From Parasitella parasitica NRRL 2501 (Eukaryota > Fungi > Mucoromycota), in NCBI GenBank assembly GCA_025201805.1, contig MU619243.1, positions 269,436 through 333,435 of the forward strand: DNA of 64,000 nt. The letters are read 5' to 3'. Numbering within the stretch: position 1 is the stretch's first letter; the number at the start of each line of letters is the position of its first letter. The notes under the pieces were generated by a model. The model searched no databases and had not been told where the DNA came from. It worked only from the letters and a program-made list of their open reading frames with translations. Position numbers and translations under genes: made by a program. Positions 12,172 through 26,200 of the stretch are shown piece after piece.

Positions 12172-14719
12172 TAATATTTATAACATTTACAATATAAACT
12201 ATTTCAAAAAATAATTAATACTTACATATGCCTCTTTTTTTTTTTGCTCTTAACATGCAATTCATATAATTTGTCAGACAATAAATTATATATCGAAAGC
12301 TACTTGTTTCGATTTATTTATTCCTCAATATCAGTAAGATATACAATTAACACTCTACCTTGGTATATCTACAAAATATCAAAAACAGTTGAGAGACTCT
12401 CATAAAGGCCCTCAAGTCTCTCCAGGGCACCTTTAATTTGAGAAAAATATTGAAATAAAAGGTAAATTTGATATTTTTTTCCCAAAGGGGAAGTCTATCC
12501 ATTTTCAGTAACTCAAAAACCATATCAGCCAATGGGTATTCTATTTTTCTGATTGGATATGTTTATTTAATTTTTTTGAGTGGTTATACGGATACAGTAG
12601 ATTGTTTAAAAGCCGTGAAGAAGTGCAAGTGTACACAAACGTCTTTTTCAATGAAACCGCCACTAAGCCACTTCTAAGTTTGATGAATCAACAAATGTCT
12701 TTATTTCATTTCGCTGTATAGGTGATGGACCGATCCACTATGTTGATACTATACTGCTACTGTGCTGCAACTCTGAATTCACCGGATGTTTGAAAATTTT
12801 GCTCAATTTTTGGAAAATTCTTGGAGGCTAGATTGCTCAAATGTTTAGAATCATTTTTATAGTGTTTTGAGATTAACTTTTTTTTTAAAATAAAAAAAGA
12901 TGGCAGAGGCAGGATTGTAGATGATTCCGGTAATGAAGCGCCTATCGGTTTGGCCATTTTTTAGGCCTAATAAATTTTTTGAATAAACATTAACTTCAGA
13001 ATTTTATGCATACTATTAAAGATCAAATTTGGGTAATGTAGTACCACAAGTCAAAATTTTATGCAGACTCCAACCACTTGTTACTATCACAAGATGCTAT
13101 CATAAACATTTCTGGCTCCACGTAGTTGCTTTATTACAATTTGTTACTATGGAAGCTAAAAAACTCACCTAAATCACTGAAAAGTGCCCCTTTGCTACAA
13201 AACTAAGTATATCTATTTGCACAACCCTCCAACAGGGCCTGTTCGAAAGAGGCGCTCAAGGAGCTAAGGAGCTGAAAAGCTTACCAGTTCGACTTACCAA
13301 GCCATTAAAAAGCGCCTCTTTACAGGATTTTAGTCTTAATTAGTATATGGTTGAAATCAAGACAAATGTAAAAGTGATATGTTGGGATAACATTAGATGC
13401 ATAATATAAAGTATCTTTTTTTTTTTCATTTTTACAAAAACCCAACTACATGAAAAATAATTAAATACATGTTAGTAACATCTTTTCTTACCATAAAATG
13501 ATAAATACACTACTTAAATATTCTTTTTTCATTTGCAACTATCTATATCAATAATATCCAGGCAAAAGTGCCGATTCGGTTTATCTGTTGGTCTCAGTAT
13601 ACCGGTCGGGTAGCCAAAGTTTATTTGTAATCATCCGGATGCAACCCACAGTATTAGCATGCCTTAATACCATTTAAACGTTGTCTGTTCACAATGATAA
13701 TGACATACCAGACCGTCATTTAAAGATTATCGCTGTTCGACTACCCATGTTATACATCGTAATTACTACTTTTTGTAGATAACATAATTTGGGTCTATCG
13801 TTGTCCAAATTCAACAATCGTTCCGAATTGATTATAAACATTATGCGATAATTGCTATAATTTATTTTTTATTTACAGAAGTACATAACATAGATGCGGT
13901 CGTAGTTCTTGATATTAATCAAAGGTGCTTAAAGGAGCTTGGAAGAATATATTATTCTGCTTTCATGCTATCATGTGCATAGCATTTTAGTGTTTAGTTG
14001 TTGATTATGACTTTACTTTCTCTCAGAAATCATGCTTAATGGTCATACATACACTTTGATATCTAAGCTCAAGATATTCGATATAATAGTAGCACTGTAA
14101 GGTATTGAAAATGATGGAATCAGCCATCATCTGGCAAAGAAAGGGGATTGTTAGTTTCGCATGCCTAACGCATCGTCGAAAATACATTGGCCAAGTGTAG
14201 GTTTTTCTAAAGTCTATAACAATCACTTTCCTTTGTCGTACCGATATCTTTTTATTTTGATTTTGACCAGAAATCGAGCAGCTGTACTAAGTTTTTTTTT
14301 TTTTTTTTCAGCTTCAGGGCCACAATCAGATAAATCTCATTTTTCGTGCGCGGGACATGTTGCAGGGAAGGCAGCAGCAGGTTGCAGCCCTATTCAAATT
14401 AATATGCCATGCATTTGTAACCATTTTCACTATTTTGCAATAACCGAGAATTTGACCATTGCAATGACGGATGATGTTATGTTTGCCAGCATTTGTACAT
14501 TGTAAAATCAGACATCTTGCCAGCAAGAAGCTGGTACTGATACAGCACCTCTTTAAAAGCAAAAGAATGAGGAGTCACTTTTTACCTGTTNNNNNNNNNN
14601 NNNNNNNNNNNNNNNNNNNNNNNNNNNNNNNNNNNNNNNNNNNNNNNNNNNNNNNNNNNNNNNNNNNNNNNNNNNTCTCGACATTATTCTTATTTCTCGT
14701 AGAAATTACTAGTAGAACA

Positions 14720-15941
14720 ATGGCTAGCAACAATACCGAGCCCCTGCAATCTGTTCAACTTGACGGCTTGGTAAATACCAGATGAAATCAATGAATGAGC
14801 CTGAGCCATTAAAGAAGTAAAAATTTTTTTCTAGGTCGTTTTGAAGATCATTAAACATTGCCGTGAATCATATCCTAATGATGTAACGGGTCAACTCCTA
14901 GGTTTAGATGATAAGGGAGCATTGGAGGTTACGAATTGCTTTCCTTTCCCCTCTGATGGTGATGAGGATGCCAGTGGCAAGTATTCATAATGTTGTTGAA
15001 AAAGTTGGAAATTAACATGCGTGTGTGTGTGTGTAGCTCAATATCAACTTGATATGATGAGATGTTTGCGTGCCGTCAATGTCGATAACAACACTGTTGG
15101 CTGGTATCGCTCTGCTCATTTGGGTAACTTTGTCGATCTTAGCTTGATTGAAACCCAATACAGTTATCAGAACTCGCTCAGCGCACAATCCGTTGTCCTC
15201 ATTCATGACGTGTCAAAGAGTGCTGCCCAAGGCAATTTGAATTTGAGAGCTTTCAGATTGACAGAAACTTTTATGAAGGTATATGAAGCCAAGAAATTTA
15301 CAACTGAGAGGTAATGAAAAAGGGAAGTGCGATGATGGGCTCAGGAAATGCTAACGCATACATTATCTAGCCTTGCCCAAGCCAAGTTATCCTTCTCCAA
15401 CATTTTTGAAGAATTACCTGTTGAAGTTCATAACTCTCACTACGTTACCATGATGCTTCACAACATTGAAATGCCTAAATTGGAAGCTGATCGCCTTCGC
15501 TCACTTTCTACTTTTGCTTCCACCCAAAAAACGCAAACCGAACTTGAAGAGGCTAGACCTTTGGCACCTAATTTTGACGTTCTTGATTTGGAATTGGATC
15601 CTTTTATGCAAAAGAATTTGCAATATCTGTTGGATTGCGCTGATGTTCAACAGCAAGAACAAAACAACTATCAGTACTGGCAAAGATCTGTTGCTCGTGA
15701 ACAAAGTAAGATGCAAGCTTGGTTAGCCAAGAGGAAACAGGAAAATGCTCAGCGCATTGAAAAGGGACAGAAGCCTTTGCCTGAGGATGAAGTTAACACA
15801 TTGTTCAAACTTCCAGCTGAGCCCAGTCGTTTAGATTCTATGATTTTGAGTGCTCAAATGCACAACTTTACCAAACAAATCAATCAATTTGCTGGTCCCA
15901 GTCTTGCTAGATTATATAGTATTCAGGAATTACAAAAATAG
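14720..15941 (+). CDS. eIF3h: Translation initiation factor eIF3 subunit H (MPN domain), 4 exons
   Basis: [58 protein letters not shown]; second intron best read as GC-AG (14977-15036). Confidence 0.93.
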
Positions 15942-16331
15942 TGCGTATATATATTACATTCTCTCCTCCCTTTATCTTTTTATACACTAAAAAAAAATCC
16001 CTTTTGTTTTTTTTTTCTTTTTGACATGATATAAAAAAAACGCACGCAAATACTAGTTGAAACAATTTCATCTGTACAGTGACGAACCAGCATTATAACG
16101 TGGCAAAAAATCCCCAGTTCATTTTGAAATATTTCAGGGCGTCATTGCTTTGTAAAGTAACACGGGATTATGCTCAAACTGATGGATAAGAAAAAAGTTT
16201 CAAATGCTGTGTGGTTCGTGCCATGTTGATGATTCCCATGGTGTTGCTGCATCAAAAAAAAAAAATAGACACATAAAAAAAGATATTTGATCTCTAGCTC
16301 TTTTTCCTTCTTTGTGCTCTTCTGCAATAAA

Positions 16332-16865
16332 ATGGATATTTTAAACTTATTAAACCACCCTGCGCCACTAGCAACTATTTCTGCTAAATCGAAAATTCCC
16401 AAACCATACCAATGTAATTGGAATGCTTGTGAAAAACGATTCTCCAGAAGATCTGATCTCTCGCGCCACAGAAGAATCCACACCGGAGAAAGACCTTTTC
16501 AGTGTCACTGGCCTGGATGCAAAAAGCAATTTATACAAAGATCTGCTTTGACTGTTCATACAAGAACGCACACGGGCGAAAGACCTCACGCATGCGAAGT
16601 TCCATGCTGTAGGAAATCGTTTAGTGATGTAAGTAACTTTGTAGAGACCTAAAGCATTTCAGAGACTGATTCATTCTGTATATAAAGTCTTCCTCTTTGG
16701 CTCGTCATCGAAGAACTCACACTGGTAATAGACCATACGGCTGTGAATGTGGTAAATCATTTACTCGAAAGGCCACACTTCTAAGGCATCAAAAAGCACA
16801 CCATTTACCTGGCTCTTTAACCTTAATACCCGAACAACGACAGCGACGGCAGTATCAACATCATC

Positions 16866-16903
<38 letters not shown>

Positions 16904-17220
16904 ACAAAATACAGGTAGCTTGTTGTTTTCCCATTATAAAAAGAGTTGGTATATACTAACGTTAGAATCTTGCACATAGCTATGAAATGTTGTCAAATTA
17001 TCGCAGTGAATCACCCGAATTATCCGATCAAAACAGTGAATCAAGCACCAGATACTCTCCACTCATGTCACCTCTCGTTATATCATATAAACAAACCACA
17101 CATGTCGCTGCTACTTCTGCATGTATGCACCCACCATTTATGCCTTCTTCTTATTCAGTATCAAAGAACAAGAGTTCTTATAGTTTGCCTCCTTTACAAT
17201 ATCACTACATAAAAACCTGA
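16332..17220 (+). CDS. C2H2 zinc-finger transcription factor (4 fingers, TGERP linkers, polyQ), 3 exons
   Basis: CNWNAC...[18 protein letters not shown]...[18 protein letters not shown]; introns 16629-16687 and 16915-16979. Confidence 0.88.
16865..16903 (+). repeat. (CAA)n microsatellite encoding polyglutamine
   Basis: ~13 perfect CAA units in exon 2. Confidence 0.9.
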
Positions 17221-18124
17221 GCCAAATCAAAGGATTACCTATTAAAGGTAATAGCGAATATAACATGGCCCCCAGGTGAACCAGTCAGATATACCACATC
17301 CTTTATATAATATAAATAAACAACATTACAAAACCTTGACATAAAACCAGATTATTTCCATTTTCTTTCCTTGATTGTTTACTACTAACCTCTCGGATTG
17401 TTACAGAAGGATTCTTGAGCGGGATCTTCGGGATAGATTTGACAGGGCAAATCAATGTGCCCTAATTGTTGTTTACCCGAAAAAAGAAGTGACTTTCTTG
17501 ATAGTGCATAGTGTTCATGCAATGCGGTGCATGCAATGTAGCACCTTAAAATGAAATGTTGGTTGGAAATAAAAGAGGTTTATTTATAAACCTATTCCAT
17601 CATAGGGTATGAAATGAATATACGTATAATATAAATTGGCCTGTCATGTTTATTTGTTGTTGCGTCTCAATCTTGAAATATACTGACAGAAAGAGTGCCA
17701 ATGAATTTGTCGACATTTTTTTTTTATATAATACGCACAGACAGCGGGGTATAATACAAAGTATATAGTATCTTGTTCTCACTGAGGGACATATGATCCC
17801 AGTACTGATATATACATGAGAACATGTATGATGTATTGGTTGTCATAGGCATTTAACATATTATTAAATCGATATTCACATTTTCATCCTTGAATTACTA
17901 TATTTATTATCAAGCAGGTTTTGTCTGCATAGATAAATGATAAAAAAAAAAAAAAACATTGTGTTTCCAATGCGTTGGTTTATTTCAAAATAAATAGCAT
18001 TAAGCATTAATGATCAGCCAACAAAAAGATGGGGCTATTATGTGTTTATTAAGAGAGGCAGAGTATGAATATTTATATATATATATAATTACATGATTAA
18101 AGATGCAGCTTTTTGCTGTTGTTT

Positions 18125-21100
18125 TTAAATGTTCAAATCGCCGGAAGGCATACCTGATTCTTGCAATGCTGATGGCGTGCTTCCCTCTGCTCCAGTGGCA
18201 GCAGTAGCAGCAGCTGTATTGTCCACATTATTTAGATAGAATTTAGGACAGTTCTTATTTGTCTTCATATGACCCAATTGACCACAGTTACCACAACGAC
18301 GCTAGTAAACTAACGTTAGAACCAAATGACCCCTTTCACGTATTCAATAAATAGACTTACCATAGCACCTTCACGTTTACCTCTTATTAGACCTAGAACT
18401 GGATTCTCTGCTAATGCGGCTTGCTTGGCCAATTGGCGTTGTCTACGTCTTTCTGCATTTCGCTTGAGTTTAGCTAGTTGGTCTTGAATCCTCTTCTTCA
18501 TGCGTGCATTCTTCTCTTCGTCATCTGTTGGTTCTAGAGCCTCAGCACTAGTTGCCTCTTCTTCAATCATCTGACGCTGTCTAAGATAAGATTTCATAAC
18601 AACAGGATCGCGAACTACTTCTTGCTGCCAGATCTTCTCTCCGGTCTTTTGAGTAATGAGTCTCTTTATCACCAAATATTTGTTTTGACTGTTCACATGA
18701 TAGTTCGAGCTCATGCTGCCTGTTACAGAAACATCATCATCATCAAATTCAGAGGTGGCTCGATCATAACGGCTTTTGCTACCGCCATAAGAAGGTGACA
18801 TGCCATGACTATTACGATGATGACCCCAATCGAAATCTGAAGCAGATGGACTATCTACTTGATCCTCACGATCTTCATCGTCTTCACCTTCATGATCTGA
18901 CAGAGCAGGCTCCACTTTGTTACCCAGTGAGTCCAATTGGGCTTTCCAAATACGAGCGATTTCTTCACGGTAAATTTGTTGCTGCTCTGCTACATTATAA
19001 CGATGAGCACTCTTGGGCCTTGCTTCAATTTGCGCTAATTTCTCCTCAGCTGATTCACCAGCGCGCAAAAAGATATCCTTCATGGAAACACGAATAAAAC
19101 TAAAACCCTCTCCACGTCCTGTAGGATCACCTGCACCATACAGCTTGAGCATGGCTTTGCCCTGAGTTGCATTGATAAAGTTTCGAGTAGAGAACCAGGG
19201 GGCTAATTGCTGCTCGACTTCCAACTTGGAGTCACCTTCTCCGGTTTCATCGTCGTCATTGACATCTCCATAACCCAAGTCTTGCAAATGACGCTCACCT
19301 ACCAACATGCTCTCATATAAACAGACCATTTCAGGTGTCACCATTTTGCGCAAATCTTCTTCGGTCGGCGGATCACCTCCTCCACGGGTTTTCCAGTAAC
19401 CACCACCTCCATCTTTGCTACGACGGTGAAATTCTAAAAACTCCTTGAGTCTTTGACGTATTTGAATGTCTGAATATTCTGGAAACTTTTGAGCCAGTTT
19501 GCCCATCTTGAGACGATGAAGCGGGTTGCGTTTGATTAAACGATAAGCGACAACTTGCAGACGATTTTTTATGGTTGTAGTAACTTTACGTGAATGAGGA
19601 CCAGGGACTTCTTGCACAGGATACGATTGACCGATGGTGAATATCCCAGGAATTTCACGCAAATAGTATTTAGTGTGATCCTTGTATGTACTCTTAAGAA
19701 GCAGGAAATCGGTGTGTCGAACATCGTGGCGGAACAAGGGGGCACGGATCAAGTTGTTATAGTACACCGAGATAGTTTGGCCCGGCTCCACATTACCAAA
19801 AGTCATGAACGGAGACGTGTCGCCAATGTCCAACACAAACGGCTCACCAATGTCAGCGTTTGGCACGAATTCGTCCTTGGGCTCAGTCTTTCTGTAATAA
19901 TTGATGATCAACGTACCCATGCCCATATTGGAAATGATAGGCGGATGTTCTTCAGAGTACTCCATCAACACAAACTGAGAACTATCCTTCAATGTCAAAT
20001 CCTTGGTGCTGCGAATATCATCCACATGACCCTTCTTCTTATCCTTCTTCTTCTTTTTGTTTGCTTTCATTCTCGAGAAATGAATATCTGTATTCGCAGG
20101 TATTTGCAGCAACGGCCTATGAAACGATCTTAATTCCTGTTTGGAAAGTTTGGTTTTGTACAACTGGGGATGCAATCGAAGAGCAGGCAGAGCATGTTGC
20201 ACCACCAATTGACCGAACGTTTGTCGAACACGGATCAAACGTCCAGCCAGGTGAGACTCGTAATGTTTATCGTTTGATAAATTGAAGCGATTAAGCGGTA
20301 ATTTGTTGTGTGGCTCGGTGTCTGTGTGGTATATTTGGATCTTGGGTAAAGGCTTGGGAAGAGGTTTACGACCCTTTTTGACATGCTTGGGTTGGATGAG
20401 TAATTCTTTAGTAGCTTCTACTTCTTCCACATCGAATAGCATGTTGGGATCATTGAGATCGAGTGAAATTTTCATGGTTGCAGGAGATGGTTTCTCCTTG
20501 TCCCAAATAATTGCATCAAGCCAATCACCTTCTTCTAGTTGCATGTTCAGATGCTTCACAACAACCTTTCCGTCAAGTTGGTCCTGTCCATCTGTATCAG
20601 TAGCAAAAGTAGAAGAGCTTCAACACTGTTATTAAATATTTCTGAAAAAAACCCCCCCGTGCATGATGAAACCTACAGCGCATCTACATTTTTATCCTCG
20701 TCTTTATCATCCCAAATGATATCGTTCTCCCAAGTATCCAGCATGACCGAATGGTATAATTTCTCGTTTTCCAATATTTCAGGTGGCGGTTCAGTTGTGT
20801 AGCCCTATATTTGAAATGACTGTGAATTCCCTCACTAAAGAGTTTGAAAATGAACCCATACCCTCTCTGCTAGCTCTTGCATGTACTCATCATCTTCACT
20901 CTCATTGCTGCTGCTTGCACTGTCATCATGAGAGACTTCAAGTCTCCGTTTTTTAACAGGTTGCTTCGCCTGTTCAATTCTAAACCGATCAAGCTTACTT
21001 GCTCTTAAAAATGCAGCACGCTCATCGCGTTCTACTTCATATTCATACCCATCTCCGTAAATCACTAGAAAGCCTATGAGTGACACGATGCATATGCTTC

Positions 21101-21825
21101 TTTTTCGATTCTCGCTTTACCTCTTTTATGAGGAACAAGTTTTGGCGGTCTCTTGATTTTAGCCATAAATAGTTCAGAGAACTTGAGGATCCTGTTTCTT
21201 TCAAAGCCGGGATACAGTTGCTTGATGTCGACTTCCTTGGGTGTCTTATGATCTCCTTCTGTTAACGGTGATGTTGACTTTACCAAAAATGTATCCTGGA
21301 TTGCAGTTGATAATGTCGCATTTGCAGGATGTTGCTGATGCTGCTGTTGTTGTCGTTCCTCTTCTTCTTCGCTATCATCGTAATTGTCTGCAACAAGAGC
21401 CAACCTTGACTTGGGCAAGTTTTTCTGAACCATGCCCATACCACGACGATAGTATTTTTCAGTTAAATCATCTGGCACAGCATCGTCAAAATCTGAGTAA
21501 TCTATGGCATCTTTGGCATGTTTAGTTGGGATTACTGGGATACGAGCAGACGTGTCTTCATCATCATCCTCGTCTTGGTCGCTGTCTCTTTCACCAGGTA
21601 GTTTTCTACGTGCATTTTCTAAACCAAATGTATCTTCATTGCTGAAAATCCTTGTGAATACGTTGGCATCTACGCTGGAGAGTGTTTCTTTAAGGTCCTG
21701 TTTTTTTTTGTGTTAGTACCCATATTTGCTTCATTAGGATTCAATGGAATACTTGCATCGTCCAAATCACTCTCAAGACGACCTTGTTCATCCACATTTC
21801 CAAAGAAATAACCAGCCAAAGACAT
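18125..21825 (-). CDS. TAF1: TFIID subunit TAF1 (fungal type, no bromodomains)
   Basis: TAND MSLAGYFFGNVDEQGRLESD; core domain FNLSNDKHY, LMEYSEEHPP, QSYPVQEVPGPHSRK, GAGDPTGRGEGFSF; C-terminal zinc knuckle CGNCGQLGHMKTNKNCP; first intron GC-AG. Confidence 0.95.
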
Positions 21826-21941
21826 GATCTTTTATTAAATGGGAAAAGCAAAAAGAAAAGCACGAATCTGTGTGAAGCTGAAAAACTCTTTTAATTTCAA
21901 GACGTCATAATTAGAAGCTACTGCTATTGGGAGTAAAAAAG

Positions 21942-23180
21942 CTACTTGATGTATACAATGATGGGTCTTTCGAATCCTATTCCAACAGCTTGAGCACATG
22001 TTCAGCCTTCAGTGTTGAGATTTACCCACTCACCTTTAATTTCACCTTTGGGTACTCCCAGATTATGGTATTCCTTGAATCCCAACTTGTTTACCAAGAA
22101 ATCTGTATAATCTTCAGGCCGAAATTTGAGTTCTTGTTCGACATCTTTTGACGGCTGATCGCCAACAAAGAGTGAGTAGGTATTCTCATGTCAGCATGCT
22201 CTCATCTTACATCTAACTTTTTTGCTCTTCGCTGAAATGTATCAAAGTCCTGAGGCTCCAACACGAATGTTCCACCAGGAGCCAGTGAATCGTAAGCTTT
22301 TTTGAAAAACGACTTTAATCCTTTGTCTCCGTTATGCAGTTGAATCCATTTTGTAATGCTCAATCTATCGAATAATTAAGTGGAATTTACACATATTTAC
22401 ATACATATAAAACTTACGCTAATATGGTGTCGTATTGGTTGTATTTTTCGATTGGCGTTTGTGTCCAATCTTTTGTTTCGAAATAAACATTGAATGGAAA
22501 GTTTTGTTTTTCCTTGTGTTTCATGGGTGGTAAAGAGATTGGCATCATGCCAAACATATTAGTCATCGACTGTGGAAAATAGTTGAATCGTAAACTAAGA
22601 TCGATAGGAGAGGATTTCTCGGGATGAGCCAAGGAGTACGCCACGCATAAATTGACATTCGCTTTTGATACCAAACTGTCGTCAATATCTACGCCATGCA
22701 CAGAAGCAACTTTGTACTTTTTTGCTATATTTATCTTAGTTGAACCTTTACTATCATGTGCATTTTACACCCTCTTCATTACCTATCGCAATAGAAATGT
22801 TGCCAGAGTTACACCCAATATCCAATATGTGCTTATTTTCGAATAATCCGCTGTCCAAAAGGTCTAGTCTTGGATCAATTAACGCATTACCTTGTTTTCT
22901 TCGAGATCTACAAAGAAGAAAGTCTATATAATGGGGGGGGGTTGTTTGTTTTGCATAAGGTGCCTTACGAATAATATCCTTGGTAATTGCCGTATTCATA
23001 TTTGCCAAAAGGTTTTTTCGCTGCTGGTTGCTTTTCTGCAAATTCCACGGACCCTTTTGTTTTTGCACCCAAATATCGTTGTTTGTCATCTCTGTCAGAA
23101 GAACCGATATTTATAGCCGTAGGCCGTCTGGATGAGCGCTTAATGGGTTGTTTCTCACTTTCTGTGTGTGCTCTCTTCAT
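21942..23180 (-). CDS. MEPCE: Bin3/MePCE (Bmc1-like) RNA 5'-phosphate methyltransferase, 6 exons
   Basis: YGNYQGYY, DPRLDLL, LDIGCNSG, GVDIDDSLV, LSITKWIQLHNGDKGL, LEPQ, KGFERPI. Confidence 0.92.
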
Positions 23181-23299
23181 TAGTATTTAAATGAAAGACG
23201 GGTCTTGATGGCAAGCGCGCCTTTTTCGAGTTTTATCGGCTTTTGTATTCACATGCTGATGCATTTGTTCTTTCCTTTAGCTCCTCTAAAAAATATTAA

Positions 23300-26200
23300 A
23301 ATAAACAGGTGTAAATACATTTCCACTTTTCAAAGACGACGACCTATATAATTTTCAAATGTCTTCATTTTGCGCGAAGGCTATAGACATATTAGCAATA
23401 GTATTCGGTAACAACTGGATAATAATAACTTTCGAGATTTAACTCATACCCTTGATGATTTTCTCATCATACAATATGTACGAATAGTAGAAGCTTGGTG
23501 GCAGCAGCACTTTAGTTAGTGCGAGCAGTTAAAAGTACAGAGAACTTTTTTTCCTGAGATATCCTCAAATAATAGGGCATATATGACAGCTTATAAAATG
23601 GAGAAAACGTTGTTTCAACAAGAAACAAGTCTTCAAGTGGCAACTCATTTGCGTGCTTTAGAAGACTTGGAACATGACATCAAAGCAGAAGAGCTTGTTC
23701 AAAATGTTGGTATCCGAAATATCAAGAGAAAGTTGGACGCGATATGTTTGAAGAGGTGATAGCTCCCAAAAATCTATAGAAAGATGAGTCTTCTCATCAA
23801 ATCGTTTTAGGACGACGCTGCATACTATGCATCTAGAGGCCATGAAGATGCTATTACTGCTACTAACACTACTATTGCTACTGCTGATACTGCTGATACT
23901 ATTGATACTATTTTCAAAGAAGAATTAGAACAAAATTTTACAGGCAGAAGAAATACTTTAGTTAGTTATGTGCTTTCAATGTCACTAAAAATAATTGTAC
24001 CCTTTATTAAAAAATTGTAAAAGGAAAAAGCTCATACAAGTATTTGGCACCGTCAAACAACATCATCTCCCCACACAAGCCAATAGCTCAAGTTGAAGAC
24101 TTTTCAGTCCTAAAAAACTAGTTTGACATCTGCATTAGTAGTTTTACGAAAGAAGCATCCAAGTCAACATATGCCGAATACCAGACCTACATAATCAACC
24201 ACAAGCAGTTCTTTTCCCTGAGGTGTTATAGTCAGAAAAAAGATAAAAACTGTAAGAAAACAATGTTTAGTAACCTTGAACACAAAAAAATTAATGCAAA
24301 GTAATGCATTGGACTATAAGGTACCTTTTGATTGCACATTTGCATAGTTTAGAGCAAGTTTTTGTACTTTTCAAGTTGACATCAGATGAGGCTAGCGACT
24401 TTTCTGACTTTTTTCGGAAAAGTATTTTTCAAAATCGGAGCGTGAGGTTGTCAGGCCAGATGCAGACATACAAGTACTACCGTTAAAAAGCCAAGAAGCA
24501 CAGAATTTAAATAAATTATATTTCAACTGTTTTGCTCTTAAATTGGGTCAGCCATAGCTTCTCAAAAGCTATTACTTTCTTGAAAAAGACACCATTTTTC
24601 TTTAATAGCGGGGATTAAACGCTTCCAAAATCAGGAAGGAAAAATTCTTTCAGAAACTCCATTTGGACAATTCGAAAAAAAAATTACTCCTTTGAGGCAA
24701 GATATCATCCTCTGATACTATGCATACCACCGCTATGAGCCTATGGTAATAGCTGTATTTTTGGACGCTCTACACGATAGTATCATTTCATAATTCCCGT
24801 ATGCTTGTGGAAGTAGTTCTGCTTAGAAAACCTCCAAAACAGATGAAGAGGGAAAAGTCAACATTCTGCTTAATCAGAGCGCATTTACAGTCTTTCAGAT
24901 CAAGGAATGATCTTTTACGATCATTTTACTCCAATATATGCTTTAGTAAAAAGTTGCATTTTTTAGGTCAAAATCGAGAATAATGCATGATCAATGGTTT
25001 TGGATGGGTAGATACAAGGAAAAAATCGAAAAAATCCGCCATTTTGCATCGAAAAAAAAATCGTGCTCAAATTGCACCAAAATCATGTATAATATAGTTT
25101 TTTCCCAATTGATACTATTTCTGGTATTTTCAGGGCACTTTTGGTTATAAAAATCAATCAAAAAATGGCTCACAAAGCTAAAATTCTTGCTTTTAAGCTG
25201 TAAAAATATCTATCTGGAGATGATACCACGTCAATTTCATTTCTAGTATATGACACAGCTCTATAAAGTCAATATTTTTGATGTTACAAGTATACCTTTC
25301 TTCATAGTAATATGATAAAACAAATGTGGCTCATTGCGTTGGAAGCAGAGGAGGATAATTAATGAATACAAGGTTTTGCTGTAATAAACCCTTGTTATTT
25401 GTGAATAATTCACAAGTTGCTATTTGCTAGTGACAGAGAAGCTCTAGTACCATTGATGCTTACAATATTTCTTAATGTTAGTTCTCGAGTTCCCTTTTTG
25501 TGATTCTAATGCCAAACATGTAAGATAGAAAGTAAAATAGTGGATAGGGTTGAGGTTGAGGGTAACTTTACTAACAAAATTTAGGCTTCATAATAAGCTT
25601 CTGGTAGATTTGATCTGCCATAATGTAGGATAGGAGATACTTCATTAAGATTGGAGATTGTCCAATGATGTGTCGAAACAGGAGATAAAGTCTTTGTTTC
25701 AAATCAAGAAGTTTATCTGTATCACAGATCTGTATGAGTGACAAACACTAAGGTACTGTCAGATCAAAGATCAATAGCCTTGTAGTATAGTAATACATTG
25801 TACCCTGTTAAGGATATGATGTTGCTTGCAAATTATTCTCATCGATTAGTATCGACTAGTATTTTAAATAAGTCACCAAAAATTTAAGTTGTTGTAAAAA
25901 GTATAAATAGCAGATGCAAAGTTGAATCTTTAATAAAGTAATCTCAACTTTTCGTATCTCGTTAATTCAACGTTTTATTTTATACTTTTCTTATTTCGAT
26001 CTTGCAGATCTCAACATGATTCCAAGTTCCAGGCACTGTACGGTAATGTATCAAATTCTGATAGAGGATACACATTTTTGTCCACCAACCCGTCCGTTAT
26101 TACGAGTCCCGAAGATAGGACATATACAGCTGCTCATCATATAATCCATGTCATTATTTAAACCCACTCCTTTATTTTAATTGTATGATCCTGTTTTCTG

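Noticed and set aside
17240-17650. Possible small spliced gene on the minus strand (HIDLPCQIYPEDPAQESFCNNPRG)
   Set aside because: No coherent start or exon chain and no recognisable motif
24340-25270. DNA-transposon terminal inverted repeats
   Set aside because: Only short tagagc-type matches; no convincing TIR pair or TSD
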